A DNA stretch of 64,000 nt, from NCBI GenBank assembly GCA_964016885.1, contig OZ024747.1, positions 16,306,001 through 16,370,000 on the forward strand, read 5' to 3'. The notes under the pieces are model-generated. The model saw only the letters and a program-made list of their open reading frames with translations, was not told the DNA's origin and did no database searches. Below are positions 31,272-44,687 of the stretch, in pieces. The stretch comes from Eledone cirrhosa. Lineage: Eukaryota. The position numbers and the translations under genes are program-made. The stretch's first letter is position 1, and the number at the start of each line of letters is the position of its first letter.

Positions 31272-31652
31272 GAGAGAGAGAGAGTTGGTTTCTAACTTAG
31301 ACACAAGACTCTCTCATTGGAATTTACACATCAACTAGGTAGATATGTATGCAATATCTGCATGCATGCATACATGTGTAGATATGGATGTTATTGTATG
31401 TGTGGATGTGTATGATTTGAGTTGTATGTGTGCATGTGTAATATGCTGAGTATCTGTACATGTGTATATGCAGTTATTAGATGCACAATTTTTGGAATGT
31501 TTTACACATTTTTATTGTTCCATTAATGGACTGTACTTGTAATTTCCTAACTAGTTTTGTTCTTTCTGTTCCTGTAAAGCCCAGCTTCTCAAGATTTGTA
31601 TTGATGTGTGTATGTATGTATGTTAAAGTACGTGTCTTCAAGTAACTGAGCA

Positions 31653-31656
<4 letters not shown>
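31272..31656 (-). mobile_element. 3' fragment of an RLE-type (R2-superfamily) LINE ending in (CT)n
   Basis: Minus frame reads NLEKLGF...KLVRKLQVQSINGTIKMCKTFQK*, resembling the terminal helix of RLE domains, then a 3' UTR ending cttgtgtctaagttagaaaccaac(tc)n. Confidence 0.55.
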
Positions 31657-31721
<65 letters not shown>

Positions 31722-32726
31722 TGAGTGAGAGAGATGAGGGAAGAGTGAATGTGAAGGTGAGAAGAAAATATGGGCGACATAGTTTTCCTAGATGGAGAGA
31801 TACCGTTCCCACACGTCTCCATATATACCCCCTAGATGAAAACATCAAATGTATGAGAAGTGAAATATTGAGAGTATTTTAATTTCGAAATCTATTCAAT
31901 AAATATAATAATATTAATTGCACATGTAATAAGACCAAATTATGTTACCAAAATACTAATTTGGAATAACAAAAATGGTCTCTGACGTAAGTACCAGCAC
32001 TATAATATTTACAATGATAACTTACATATATACTTTCGTTACACATATTACCTTTTATACAATATTTGTTTATGTGTGTGTATCTTTTAATGCGTCAGTT
32101 TAGTCTTTCATTATGTTAAACCATAGAATATAAGAAACTATTATGTTAAACAACAGGGAGATTAAATATAATGTCTTTTAAATGATATCTTTTAAACTTA
32201 TCTTCTGATTGTTTCTCCTGGGGGAATTTTTAAATATCCATATTTAAAATATTTAAAAACAAATGGACAACAACATACGGACGAAAATATATAAAGTAAT
32301 CAAGTTTGTACTTAGATAAATACAGATAGGAAATATACCCTAAATCATTTTCTAAAGAGATAGTTTTGACAAACTTTTGTAAAGATATTTGTCAGAAGGT
32401 AGTCAACTATTTGTAAATTATTCTAATTAAATCTTGAATTTTGTTACTTGTTAATTGCGCAGCTATTCTTGTGGAGATGTTGTATATATGCCTATAAAAA
32501 CACGGTTGCCTCTATATCAATTTATAGGAGTGTATTTACATTTGATAAATATTAGTAGGGTGAATAATTATAAATGCATACCAGCCAAATACCCTTTTAA
32601 AAAGAAATTGCTTTTTTGATGATTTTATATATATTTGTAGATTCTAAAATCATACACTTTCACATCATTGAAGAATTTCATTTAATGAAACATCTCATTA
32701 ATTACCCATCCACGCACACTCACCTC

Positions 32727-32799
<73 letters not shown>

Positions 32800-32803
<4 letters not shown>

Positions 32804-32978
32804 AACATGTTCAAAACCCCGACGGCAGAGCTGAAGCCGTTTCGACGGCTATTTCTGTCCAGAAATAGCCGTCGAAACGACTGAGCTCTCCCGTCGGGGT
32901 CGTGAACATCTTCCTATTACAAACTCTACTACCCTAAGTCTTGTGTACTCTGGTGCGTTATGGTACCACACTTCCTTC

Positions 32979-32983
<5 letters not shown>
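32800..32983. mobile_element. Fold-back element family D: ~57-bp arms plus ~66-nt tail, in (TA)n
   Basis: Centre tatttctg-tc-cagaaata (~32858). Contains gtcGAAAcg, a possible 3' half of a truncated hammerhead. Confidence 0.8.
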
Positions 32984-33060
<77 letters not shown>

Positions 33061-33150
33061 ACGAAGGAAGTATTTTTTTAAATATCCATATTTAAAATAT
33101 TTTAAAACGAATGGACAACAATAAACGGACGAAAATATGTAAAGTAGGCA

Positions 33151-33193
<43 letters not shown>

Positions 33194-33888
33194 CAATACA
33201 TTAATCCATAATACATTGAATGGCGATGCATATTTCTTCTAATGATTATTTCTAATATAGAGGGATGAACAGGAAATTACGTTGTATACTAACATACCAA
33301 GTGTTATTTAGCTGTAAACCTCAAATATTTCGGTTAATTTAATTGTTTTGAAAATACCCTATAACTATCAAATATGGTATATGTAATCCTCATATATTAG
33401 TGTTATAAAAAAACCTTGTGATATAGCTATATTTTGTATCAATTATGTGTTTAACAATTTCAGCCAATGTCCGTAAAGAATATGATTGGAAAAGTAATAC
33501 GATCTCATCCCCAACATTCAAACATGTAATTCTTATTTACCTCTCTACCCGTATAGCAATTATTCATCTCCCCGTCTACGCAGTTAGCGCTCTATTAAAT
33601 ATTCAGGTATAAATAAGAGGAATATTTAGAGAATATTATCCTCGATAGATAGGGAGGCGAGATGAAAACAGATGAATTCACATATATAATAGCTTAAAAT
33701 TGATTTGCTAATGATATGTAAAATCTAGACGATTTAATAACCCTCATTACTAATGTGGACAATATGACGCTATTTTTCATGTAGTTGTATATATACAAAC
33801 CCAATGCTATGTTAATAGGAAATCAATATCATAATTCCCGAAATACTTCAGTACGAAGTATATATGTTCTCATTATTAAAATATTTAA

Positions 33889-34074
33889 GGGCGGTGGATT
33901 GGCAGTATCGGTAGAGGGTCGGACGCCATGCTTTCCAGCATAGTTACGTCCCTTTACGATCTGAGTTCAAATCCCGCCGAGGTTGACTTTGCCTTTCATC
34001 CTTACGGGGTCGATAAAATAAAGTACCAGTAATGCACTGGGTAATTGCTGGCCTTGTGCCTAAAGTAGAAACAA
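33889..34074 (+). mobile_element. tRNA-derived SINE, young full-length copy with 17-bp TSD
   Basis: TSD attattaaaatatttaa at 33872-33888 and 34074-34090. Confidence 0.95.
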
Positions 34075-35152
34075 TTATTAAAATATTTAATTTGAGAATG
34101 TCATATTTTCCTGGGATTTCAGTCGTGATCCTAAAGGAGGTAAAAAGGCAAACATATGGAATGTAGTTTTGGGAAATCGATAACGTTTGAATTTGGAAAT
34201 ATAGTCCACTCGCTGCTTATAAATATTTACGAAAAGTGCATCCCTTGATCGACTTTTCATGATCCTAGTAAACTGCGAATCAATATTTTTAATTATTGTC
34301 AAGGCTGAACATGTTTTATATATTTCCGAAGTCAAAATAGATATAAAAATCTAAAATGTTTGAACTTAGGGAAACAAAGGATATTCTGAAAATGTGAATA
34401 TATAATATATGTTTATAGATTTCCTTTTGAATCATGTGTTGCTGTCCATTATATTCTATTAATGACACGGAAAAAATCTTAATAAAAAGAAAAAGGAAAC
34501 AGTAAAAGAATATATATGTCTACTTTAACATAGAAACCATACTCATCATTTAAATGTGATAATGTCAGCTGAAAACGTGTTTTCTTTCATCTCGTCTGTT
34601 CTACCCCAATAACTTTCAAATAAAACACATTTTTACGCACTTTATCCAGAATGTGTCTTTTGATGATCTAACTATAAATTAAGTATACTGTACATTTCTC
34701 TGATGGGGAGATCATTCTTTTTAAATTTTACATGCTCTCCATTCCTTATTGTTTTTGGACTATTCAAATATATGGTGTTAATTTTGAGGAAAAATTAATC
34801 TGTATATGCAACGTGACATTTTATAAAATAAAACACTAATGAATAATGTTCACACATACATACAAACGCACACAAACACACACACACCCACACACACACA
34901 CGCACACACACACACACACACACCCACACACACACACACAAACACATATATAAATGTATGTATATATATATATGCATGTACGTATGTATGTATGTATTAT
35001 GTATGTAAATACGAAAGGGTCTGAACGTGTGTGTATAATGTAATATAAAATAAAATACTTATTTAGCATATTATAAATCGACATTTATTTCGTATATATT
35101 TATATATATATACAAAATAATGGTGATGATGGTGTGGATGATAATAATAATA

Positions 35153-35340
35153 ATGGTTTCTACTTTTGGCACAAGGCCAGTAATTACCCAGTGTATTACA
35201 GGTACTTTATTTTATCGACCCCGTAAGGATGAAAGGCAAAGTTAACCTCGGCGGGATTTGAACTCAGAATGGCAAGGGCCGTAACTCTATGCGTCAAAGC
35301 ATGGCATCCGACCGCCTACCGATACTGCCAATCCACCGCC
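35153..35340 (-). mobile_element. tRNA-derived SINE copy
   Basis: Full-length reverse-complement match, set in (AAT)n. Confidence 0.92.
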
Positions 35341-35406
<66 letters not shown>

Positions 35407-35408
<2 letters not shown>

Positions 35409-36091
35409 CACCATAGTTACAAGGAGGAGGCTAGCCCACTGTGTAGGAGCTGTGGAGAGAGAGAGGAGAATGTGGCTCACATTGTATCCGAGTGTAAACA
35501 CCTAACCCAGACTCACTATAAAGGCTGGGGACATCATGTGATGGGCAGTGTGATCCACTGGCACCTACGCAAAGTAAACAATTTACCACATTCTGAGAAG
35601 TGGTATGAGCATAAGACAGAGTCGGTGTTGGAAAACGATCAGATGAAGGTGCTGTTGGATTTTAGGATACAGACCGACAAGAAACTGGAACACAATAGAC
35701 CTGACCTGGTGATTTTGGACAAGGGAAAAAGATCGTTCCTGATTGTGGATGCAAACCTCACAATTCGACACGAGAGTGCAAGAGAAGGAGAGGGAGAAAA
35801 TTAACCGATACCAAGACTTAAAGTGGGAGTTAAAAAGGATTTGGAACTGCCATGAAGTCAAAGTGGTCCCGATTGTCATAGGCGCACTAGGTACTATCTC
35901 AAAGAGTTCCAAGGATGGTTAAAGAAAATTGGTCCCGCTCCGCTTTTTGGAACACTTAAAAAAGGCAGCTTGCTGGGAACAGCAAGAACCCTCCGATACG
36001 TCCTGAATATCTGAGGCTGCAGGTAGTGGCTTGATATTCATTTCAACAAACTTTCCAGTTATATAACATCAATGACTGAGACTCAAAGAAC
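35407..36091 (+). mobile_element. 5'-truncated R4/Dong-like LINE copy (CCHC + RLE region, frameshifted), in (AAT)n
   Basis: Closely similar to 38052-38735; motifs CRSCGEREENVAHIVSEC and RPDLVILD. Confidence 0.9.
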
Positions 36092-36145
<54 letters not shown>

Positions 36146-36146
<1 letters not shown>

Positions 36147-38740
36147 TAAAATACAAAACTAGGAGTAAAAAGCTAAATATTATCATAGAGGAATTGAAGC
36201 AACGCATTGTAGCAAAGAGTGCAAAAATCAGGCGATACGAGAACAGAGTCAGTCAGTATAAACAGAACCGCATGTTCGACAACAACCAGAAGATGCTGTT
36301 TGGACAGCTTGAGGGGAAAGAAAGAGGCAACGACTTGATCCCTGGGGCGGAACAAACTAAAACATTCTGGAGAGGAATATGGGAGCAGGATGTTAGACAT
36401 AATGCCCAGGCAGGGTGGATTGAGACAGTACAGAGGGAGATCGGTGAGCAGGCACAACAACAAACTGATTTGAGTATCACAGTTGAAACTCTTAAGGGGC
36501 AGGCCAAAAAACTAACCAACTGGAAATCACCAGGCCCAGATGGTGTGCAGGGGTATTGGATTAAACATTTAACATCCCTCCACCCGAAGCTGACGGCCAT
36601 GTTCAATGACTGCTTGGTGTCGGGTGAGGTGCCAGAGTGGTTGACAAAAGGTACCACAGTTCTGATAATGAAAGACCGAATCAAGGGTAATGATGTTACC
36701 AACTATAGACTTATCACATGTCTGTCCGTAATGTGGAAACTGTTGACGAGCATTGTGTCTGAGGAAATCTACCATCACCTCCACACAAACAACTTGTTAC
36801 CGGACGAACAGAAAGGATGCCGAAAGAAGTCACGTGGTACAAAGGACCAGTTACTTATTGATAAGATGGTAATGAGGAATTGCAAGAGGAGACACACTGG
36901 TCTTGCCATGGGATGGATAGACTACAGAAAGGCATTTGACATGGTGCCTCATTCTTGGATCACCAAAAGCCTGGAGATCTTCAGGGTGGCAGATAACATG
37001 AGACAGTTGCTGGGCAGGAGTATGGGGTCCTGGGAGACAGAGTTGACATCAACTGGAGTATCCTTGGGAAGCGTGAAGATCAAGAGAGGTATCTTCCAGG
37101 GAGATAGCCTGTCCCCTCTGTTGTTTGTCCTTGCCCTGATGCCCTTGACCATTATGCTGCGAAAAGTGAGAGCAGGATACAAGTTGGAAAGGGGAGAGCT
37201 TATCATCAATCACCTCCTCTTCATGGACGATCTTAAGCTCTTCGGGAAAAGTGAGAAGGAGTTGGATGTGCTTGTTGACACTGTCCGTATTTTCAGCAGT
37301 GATATATGTATGCAGTTTGGTATTGGTAAATGTGGAGTCATTGTGATGAGGAGGAGTACGTTGAGCAGAAGTAACGGAATCCAGATATCAACAGGTGAGA
37401 TGATAAAGGAAATTGACTCTGAGGAAGGATACAAGTATTTGGGCGTTCTGGAGGCTGATGGCATAAAGAACAAAAAAATGAAGGAATTGTTAAGAACTGA
37501 ATACATTTGGAGAGTAAGGAGCGTATTGAAGTCACATCTGAACAGCAGAAATGCCATAAGCGCAGTAAATTCCCGAGCTGTGTCTATTATTAGGTACAGT
37601 GCGGGAATTCTGAGATGGAATGTTGCTGAACAAAAAGAAATGGATAGGAAGACTAGGAAGCTATTGACTATCTACAACATGTTCCACAAGAGGAGTGATG
37701 TTGATAGACTCTACCTAAGGAGATCTGAGGGTGGAAGAGGTCTTATCAGCATAGAGGACTGTGTTCAGATGGAGAAAAACAACCTATACAAATACGTGAC
37801 CTATAGTAAGGAGCCAATGCTCAAAACTGTACTGAAGGAGGGGACAGTAGGCCAGGGGATGTCCAAGGAGGAAATAACATCAAGGAGGAAGAGCAGCCTT
37901 AAGGGAAAATCCCTTCATAGTACCTTCTTTGAGAAAACTGAATTTAGAGATCCACAGACATGGAACTGGTTGAGAAGAGGAGACCTCAAAAAGGCTACAG
38001 AAGGAATGCTAATGGCTGCGCAGGAGCAGGCCCTCAAAACGAAGTGGTTGAAGCACCATATTTACAAGGAGGAGGCTAGCCCACTGTGCAGGATCTGTGG
38101 AGAGAGAGAGGAGACTGTGGCTCACATTGTGTCCGAGTGTAAACACCTAGCCCAGACCCTCTATAAGGGCTGGAGACACGATGTGATGGGCAGGGTGATC
38201 CACTGGCACCTGTGCAAAGTAAACAATTTACCACATTCTGAGAAATGGTATGAGCATAGGCCGGAGGCAGTGATGGAGAACAATCAGGTGAAGGTGCTGT
38301 GGGATTTTAGGATACAGACGGACAAAAAACTGGAACACAATAGACCTGACCTGGTGGTTGTGGACAAAGAAAAAAGATCGTGTCTGATTGTGGATGTGGC
38401 CTGCCCGTTCGACACGAGAGTGCAAGAGAAGGAGAGGGAGAAAATTAACCGATACCAGGACCTAAAGTGGGAGGTGAAAAGGATTTGGAACTGCCATGAA
38501 GTCAAAGTGATCCCGATTGTCATAGGCGCACTGGGGACTATCTCCAAAAGTTTCCAGGGATGGTTAAAGAAAATCGGCCCCTTCACGCTTTTTGGAACGC
38601 TTCAAAAGGCATGCTTGCTTGGAACAGCAAGAACCCTCCGATACGTCCTGAATATCTGAGGCTGCAGGTAGTGGCTTGATATTCATTCCAACGGACTTTC
38701 CAGTTAACCAACATCAATGACTGAGATTCAAGGAATAACA
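36146..38740 (+). mobile_element. R4/Dong-clade RLE non-LTR retrotransposon, 5'-truncated, in (AAT)n
   Basis: Single ORF with RT, CCHC and PD-(D/E)xK nuclease; short 3' UTR; (AAT)n on both sides. Confidence 0.92.
36194..38659 (+). CDS. Reverse transcriptase / CCHC zinc knuckle / restriction-like endonuclease polyprotein (821 aa open, N-terminally truncated)
   Basis: Motifs NWKSPGPDG, WIDYRKAFDMVPH, RGIFQGDSLSP, LFMDDLK, CRICGEREETVAHIVSEC, RPDLVVVDK...DVACP, PIVIGALG, LQKACLLGTARTLR. Confidence 0.93.
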   Translation: MKQRIVAKSAKIRRYENRVSQYKQNRMFDNNQKMLFGQLEGKERGNDLIPGAEQTKTFWRGIWEQDVRHNAQAGWIETVQREIGEQAQQQTDLSITVETLKGQAKKLTNWKSPGPDGVQGYWIKHLTSLHPKLTAMFNDCLVSGEVPEWLTKGTTVLIMKDRIKGNDVTNYRLITCLSVMWKLLTSIVSEEIYHHLHTNNLLPDEQKGCRKKSRGTKDQLLIDKMVMRNCKRRHTGLAMGWIDYRKAFDMVPHSWITKSLEIFRVADNMRQLLGRSMGSWETELTSTGVSLGSVKIKRGIFQGDSLSPLLFVLALMPLTIMLRKVRAGYKLERGELIINHLLFMDDLKLFGKSEKELDVLVDTVRIFSSDICMQFGIGKCGVIVMRRSTLSRSNGIQISTGEMIKEIDSEEGYKYLGVLEADGIKNKKMKELLRTEYIWRVRSVLKSHLNSRNAISAVNSRAVSIIRYSAGILRWNVAEQKEMDRKTRKLLTIYNMFHKRSDVDRLYLRRSEGGRGLISIEDCVQMEKNNLYKYVTYSKEPMLKTVLKEGTVGQGMSKEEITSRRKSSLKGKSLHSTFFEKTEFRDPQTWNWLRRGDLKKATEGMLMAAQEQALKTKWLKHHIYKEEASPLCRICGEREETVAHIVSECKHLAQTLYKGWRHDVMGRVIHWHLCKVNNLPHSEKWYEHRPEAVMENNQVKVLWDFRIQTDKKLEHNRPDLVVVDKEKRSCLIVDVACPFDTRVQEKEREKINRYQDLKWEVKRIWNCHEVKVIPIVIGALGTISKSFQGWLKKIGPFTLFGTLQKACLLGTARTLRYVLNI

Positions 38741-38767
38741 ACAATAATAATAATAATAATAATAACT

Positions 38768-39283
38768 ATAGGAGAAATACAAAAGATAGTACTAATGGGA
38801 ACTGCCCATATACTAAGGAAGATTCTGTCACTATAAGTACATCACAAGTCTAAACACTAAAGATGCATGTGTGAATATGTATGTTATTTCTTGAACATGG
38901 CGGACCTTGTTGTTTCTTGAGGTTACTGGTTGTGACTTGGTGATAATTCGTATGAACATAAAGCAAGATAAATGCAACTGTAATAATAATAATAATAATA
39001 ATGATAATAATAATAATAATAATAATAAGGTCTAATGATTACTTATCGCAAATCCCAGGAAACCCGCGTATAGGAGAAATACAAAAGATAGTACTAATGG
39101 GAACTGCCCATATACTAAGGAAGATTCTGTCAATATAAGTACATCACAAGTCTAAACACTAAAGATGCATGTGTGAATATGTATGTTCTTTCTTGAACAT
39201 GGCGGACCTTGTTGTCTCTTGAGGTCACTGGTTGTGACTTGGTGATAACTCGTATGAACATAAAGCAAGATAAATGCAACTGT
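38768..39283 (+). mobile_element. Two tandem 3' fragments (38768-38980 and 39029-39283) of a second R4/Dong-like family, separated by (AAT)n
   Basis: Both encode IGEIQKIVLMGTAHILRKILS* followed by a near-identical 3' UTR. Confidence 0.85.
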
Positions 39284-39818
39284 ATTAATAATAATAATAA
39301 TAATAATAACGATTTCATTTATTAGCCACAAGGGCCGACATTAATAATAATAATAAGGTGTAGAAGATTGCTGTAATAATTGCGAAATATTTAAGTGATA
39401 AGTTTGGTGTAATTAAGAAGACGTATAATGGGAGTAGATTAGAATTACCAACAAACAAATTTGGAATGTAATTCAGAGAGGAGAGGTAGAAGGCAAAACA
39501 AGGGACTTTGATGAAAGTAAAATGACAATAGTTTCAGATTTACCATCTTTATCAAAAGAAAACAAACAGTCAGGAAGGTATTGTCTAATTTTTCTGAAGA
39601 CCCCTCTACGGACCCTTCAATGATAATGGATGTTAAATCCGAAAGATTTTGGGACTAATACATTACTAAGTTAAAGTTCAGTTACTCTTGTTCTATTATT
39701 TTCTTATTTCACCAACTCTTTGCCTTCTATTTCATCTCTCCCAATTCCCTTCGCACTTGTTGCTTTTGCTATTGTACCCACTTGCACTGTACAGCTTCCT
39801 AAACATACCCACGTTTCA

Positions 39819-39874
<56 letters not shown>

Positions 39875-40685
39875 ATTATTTATGTTTATTGAATGATTGT
39901 ATACATAACTTAAATTGTTCCACCTAAAACAAACATGAGGGTGGTAAATCTTGAAAGTAATTTGCACTCTTAGTACCATTTCTTGTTGTCAAAGACAAAA
40001 AATAACCCCATTATTAAACAAACGAACATAAAACAAATAAATTAAATTACCATGCAGAGGCACTTGGCGTGTTAATAGTTGAATATCTAAACTACATTGC
40101 ATTATTGAGATATCAGCACTAACATTTCATAACAAGCAATACCAAATAATGGAAACAAATACAAACAGAATATATAGATGAAATAAAATAGATTATGTTC
40201 AAACTTCTTTTCTTCTCTTTTGTTAATGGATATCTCAATATAAATGTTGATGTACATCCAAATAAGAAATAATAATTTATATATGAACAAAAAAGAATTA
40301 AATAAAAATACAAAATTCTATTAAACAGAACATTATGAGAGAGAAAGAGCGATGAGAGAGACATACATAAAATGAATATACAAATAAATAAAGAATATAG
40401 AAAGAAATTTCCCTAAAAAATTCTACTCTCAAACCAAACCTCCATAATCTAAAGAAATAGACTAATCACAATAAGAGAAATAACCCACCCCCCTTTTTAT
40501 AATAGCTGAAATATTTCATTACCCTCTCTTCTCTGCCGGAGGATAGCTGACTTCCAAGGGAACCTAAAATGGAGGGTAGCAAAAACATTGCATACAACCA
40601 GAGTGATCGAAGTGAAAATTGAGGAAACATTCAACAGTTATCTTCTATTTAGTAAATTATTATTATTATTATTATTAATATTATG

Positions 40686-40717
<32 letters not shown>

Positions 40718-41459
40718 TCCTTCTTATGTCAGTATATACAATATATATAATTAACATAATGCTGTTTGTTTTTGCATTGCTGCATAACCAATGACAAAAA
40801 TCGTTGACGTTGCTTGTGCAATATTACAGAGTTTAGCAACTATGAATTCCATGCAGTACTTCGATTGGCTGTGCATAAATAGTTAAGCCTTGTAGTGACA
40901 CAAGCAGAGCGAAATATTAAAAGGAATACAACAAATGACGATGGGTTATAAATGTAAGCGAATATAATATGAATAAGAGGTGTTATCCATCTCAACCATC
41001 CAACTAAATTAAATATACTCCAGATATATAACAGATTATTGTATAGAAAAGGCGTAATAGATAATTAATATATAACACAACGGTAGCAACCACGAAAATG
41101 AGTCATTTGTTTTTTTTACTTTCGATAAATTTAAGACAGAGAAAAGCCGTATAATTCCGCTAATTAAGAGTAGGATAGATATGGAGAATATATTATTGGT
41201 AAATATTTTGGTTGAGGGTGGACAATTGCATGTATGCACACATTTTGGTTGAGGGTGGACAATTTAAAAGTAGAGATTGCCCTGGGATTTTAAACACCTC
41301 ATAGGATTAAGTTATATTTTCCACATAGGCAAAACGTAAGTAAAATCACAAATACATATATAAACACATGGTCGCTCACATGTAGCAACACACACACATA
41401 CATACTCTTACACACACAGACTCATTCAGGCACATGCACATACAGATACATGCGCACAC

Positions 41460-41548
<89 letters not shown>

Positions 41549-41552
<4 letters not shown>

Positions 41553-41970
41553 CGAAACATAAGTCAATTGCATGAAGTCATAATCCTTTATTTACTGCTA
41601 TATATATATTTCGATGATATCTATTGAATTGCTATGACCTCTTCAGGTAGTTAGTCAGTTCTTAGAAATGCCAGCACTTTGTTTATGGTGTTGATGGTTT
41701 TAGAGCCTTGGGCATATGAGCTTCTTAGCGATAATTTAATGAAGTTCACAGGAATAATCTTAATTCTCATTGGTCTGTTTTCGAATGCTAGTAGGGTTGG
41801 TATTTGACCTCAAAGAGGCAGGTGGTGTTGTAAAGTTCAAACTGTCAGGCAAGATGGCAATAGGTCCATATGACTGATTTTCACAAAAAGCATTCCTGGT
41901 CAGATATATATTGAATTGAGATGTATAGTATGAAATTACATACTACAGGTCATTCTTAAATTGAGGAATT
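41549..41970 (-). mobile_element. Probable decayed PLE 3' fragment with hammerhead-like motif, abutting (TA)n
   Basis: Minus strand ~41585-41652: ctac-CTGAAGA-ggtcatagc...atatcatc-GAAA-tatatata-tagcag. Stem II is imperfect; right boundary is approximate. Confidence 0.5.
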
Positions 41971-42110
41971 TATGTGGGGTGGTAATACTGAAAATTATGG
42001 CTAGAGTAAAATATCTAGAAAGTTTACAAATAAAAAGATTTAGGTTGGTTGACTTATACATACACTCAAACCTATCCCCACAGACACACACGCACATCTA
42101 CACACACAAC

Positions 42111-42163
<53 letters not shown>

Positions 42164-42251
42164 AAGTTTCCGTTGAAAATTGAAAATGTCAGAGGATTGA
42201 AGAGTGCTCTATGTAAGTTACAGAACTAAATATTGTATTGCTTATTATACA

Positions 42252-42320
<69 letters not shown>

Positions 42321-44184
42321 CCAAACACATAGCTACATAGCTACGTACATCTTTTCAAATTGTATACAACTTTAGTTACTTATGCTTGCATGTATGCACA
42401 CATAGACGTAGTCACATGCTAATATGTATTTACGTATGGCATTACATATACATGAACCTATTAATTTCGTACGCGTATACAGGGGAATCGGATTATGCAT
42501 GCAATGAACCCTCATAACTACACATACTCATATACACGTTCAGATGCAAGCCCAGAAACGTATAGAAGCTACACATAACTATGTCGCAAAAGAAAAGCTC
42601 ATTTATTCTTTGCTTTCATAACATCTTATGAAAATACATACATAGAATATATATAGCAACTGAAGACATGGTTGATTATATGAATGAATGAAAATAATTC
42701 TATGAGGAAAATGAAGGGATAATGAAGAAACATAACAAATGGGAGAAAATAGAGAAAATATTTGAGAATCGAGAATTGTATACATAAGCGTGAGGACACA
42801 GCATACGAGATTTCGATTGTTGTAGACAAAGCATTTGATAAGGGAGTGGAGTAATGTCACGAAAATGTAACAACAGAGTAAAGGCTGGGTCAGTATTATA
42901 TATAACAAATGGAAAAATGAGGAAATATATATGGCAAATTTAAACGAAATTGATATGATCATGCATTCATATAATATGCCCAGAAACACTGTTGTACATT
43001 AATACACGATACGTAAACCTGAACTGAATTAATTACCATTTTAAAATTCCAAACTGACCCCGATTGTTTTTATAACTAATAAATAAATATGTTCATGCAG
43101 ACTATACGTTACAGAGAAATTTCACACAGTATAAACGAAAGCTGATTTACTTTGAAAATATGTTCGTCTTTATAGCTAACATTAGTAGGATACTTCTCGC
43201 ACACCCACATTTATTAATCTATACAGCCATATGCAATTGGTATGACACTAGTAAAGGTTCACTATACAGTGAATGACTCCAAAACTTTAGCATACTACGT
43301 AATAGTGCCAGGTGGAATAATGTAACAACGAACAATCGTAATGTATAAGAATTACTAAAAGAAAATTGACGACAACTTTACTAATATGCCCATACCTACA
43401 GATACAAATATATTAAATATATCATCGCACATTTTAATTGGATTTTGTATCTGTAGGATAGAGGTAACTACATATTACAGTTCAATTAATCAGACGGAGG
43501 AATATTGCACATTCTCTGTTAAATTGAAGTGTACAATATACTGATGCAACAATTTTAACCTCCAACACATGTATATTCCACTTTCTAACATGAATAATTT
43601 TGTAATACGTGATTATCGAAATTTCAGTCATACGTAATGCATATCGAAACAGTCAGTTATACCTATTGCATTGACTCTTCGTGATCACTCGCTTTTACTG
43701 TCACCAACAACCATCCTGCCTTTTTATTCACACGTAATAGCTCACCAGACCCATACGATCCCATGATGATGTTTCGAAAAAAATAATCTACATTGAATTT
43801 CGGATCTGACATCATTGGCATTTATTTACATACACATCTAATTAAAACTAATTTGCATATAAGTAAATCAAGATTAAATTTAGTTAACACCATATGTATA
43901 CATGTACGCTTCTATCACGCACATCGTCTTAATATTTAACACTTTAAGGCAATTTTATTAGCTTACATGTGTCTCGAAATATGAAGTATGGCGAATATCG
44001 GAAATGGATAATTTCATTAAGTCGCATTATAGTATATCGGTGTAACTCCATATACCTTGGATGAATAGTTTTGAGCTTGAAAGATCCTCGATTGAAATTT
44101 AACATATTCATCCTTCAAATGTACACACTTATCTACACTCACACACTCACACACACACACACACACATACATACACCCCACCCC

Positions 44185-44220
<36 letters not shown>

Positions 44221-44469
44221 GCATTGTATGGACATTTTGAGTCAAACTGAATCTCTTAGAGAAGTACGTTAAATTTACGCGTGCATATGGAATCATCATC
44301 TATATGCACGTTAACTTCACAGGAAGTCTGTATCTATTGGAACAGTCGAGGAAATCAATGGATATTTACATCTCGTTTTGTTTTTTGTCTGAAAAAAACA
44401 GGCCTTACATCTTTGAAATACGTATAAAAAAATAAATAGGGATGTACAAATGCAACTGTCTTTCTGGTT

Positions 44470-44562
<93 letters not shown>

Positions 44563-44628
44563 ACATGAGTGTGTGTAGATAGGGAATATAATGCAATATT
44601 TATTTGTTACAACCATAAATATTAATAA

Positions 44629-44682
<54 letters not shown>

Positions 44683-44687
<5 letters not shown>

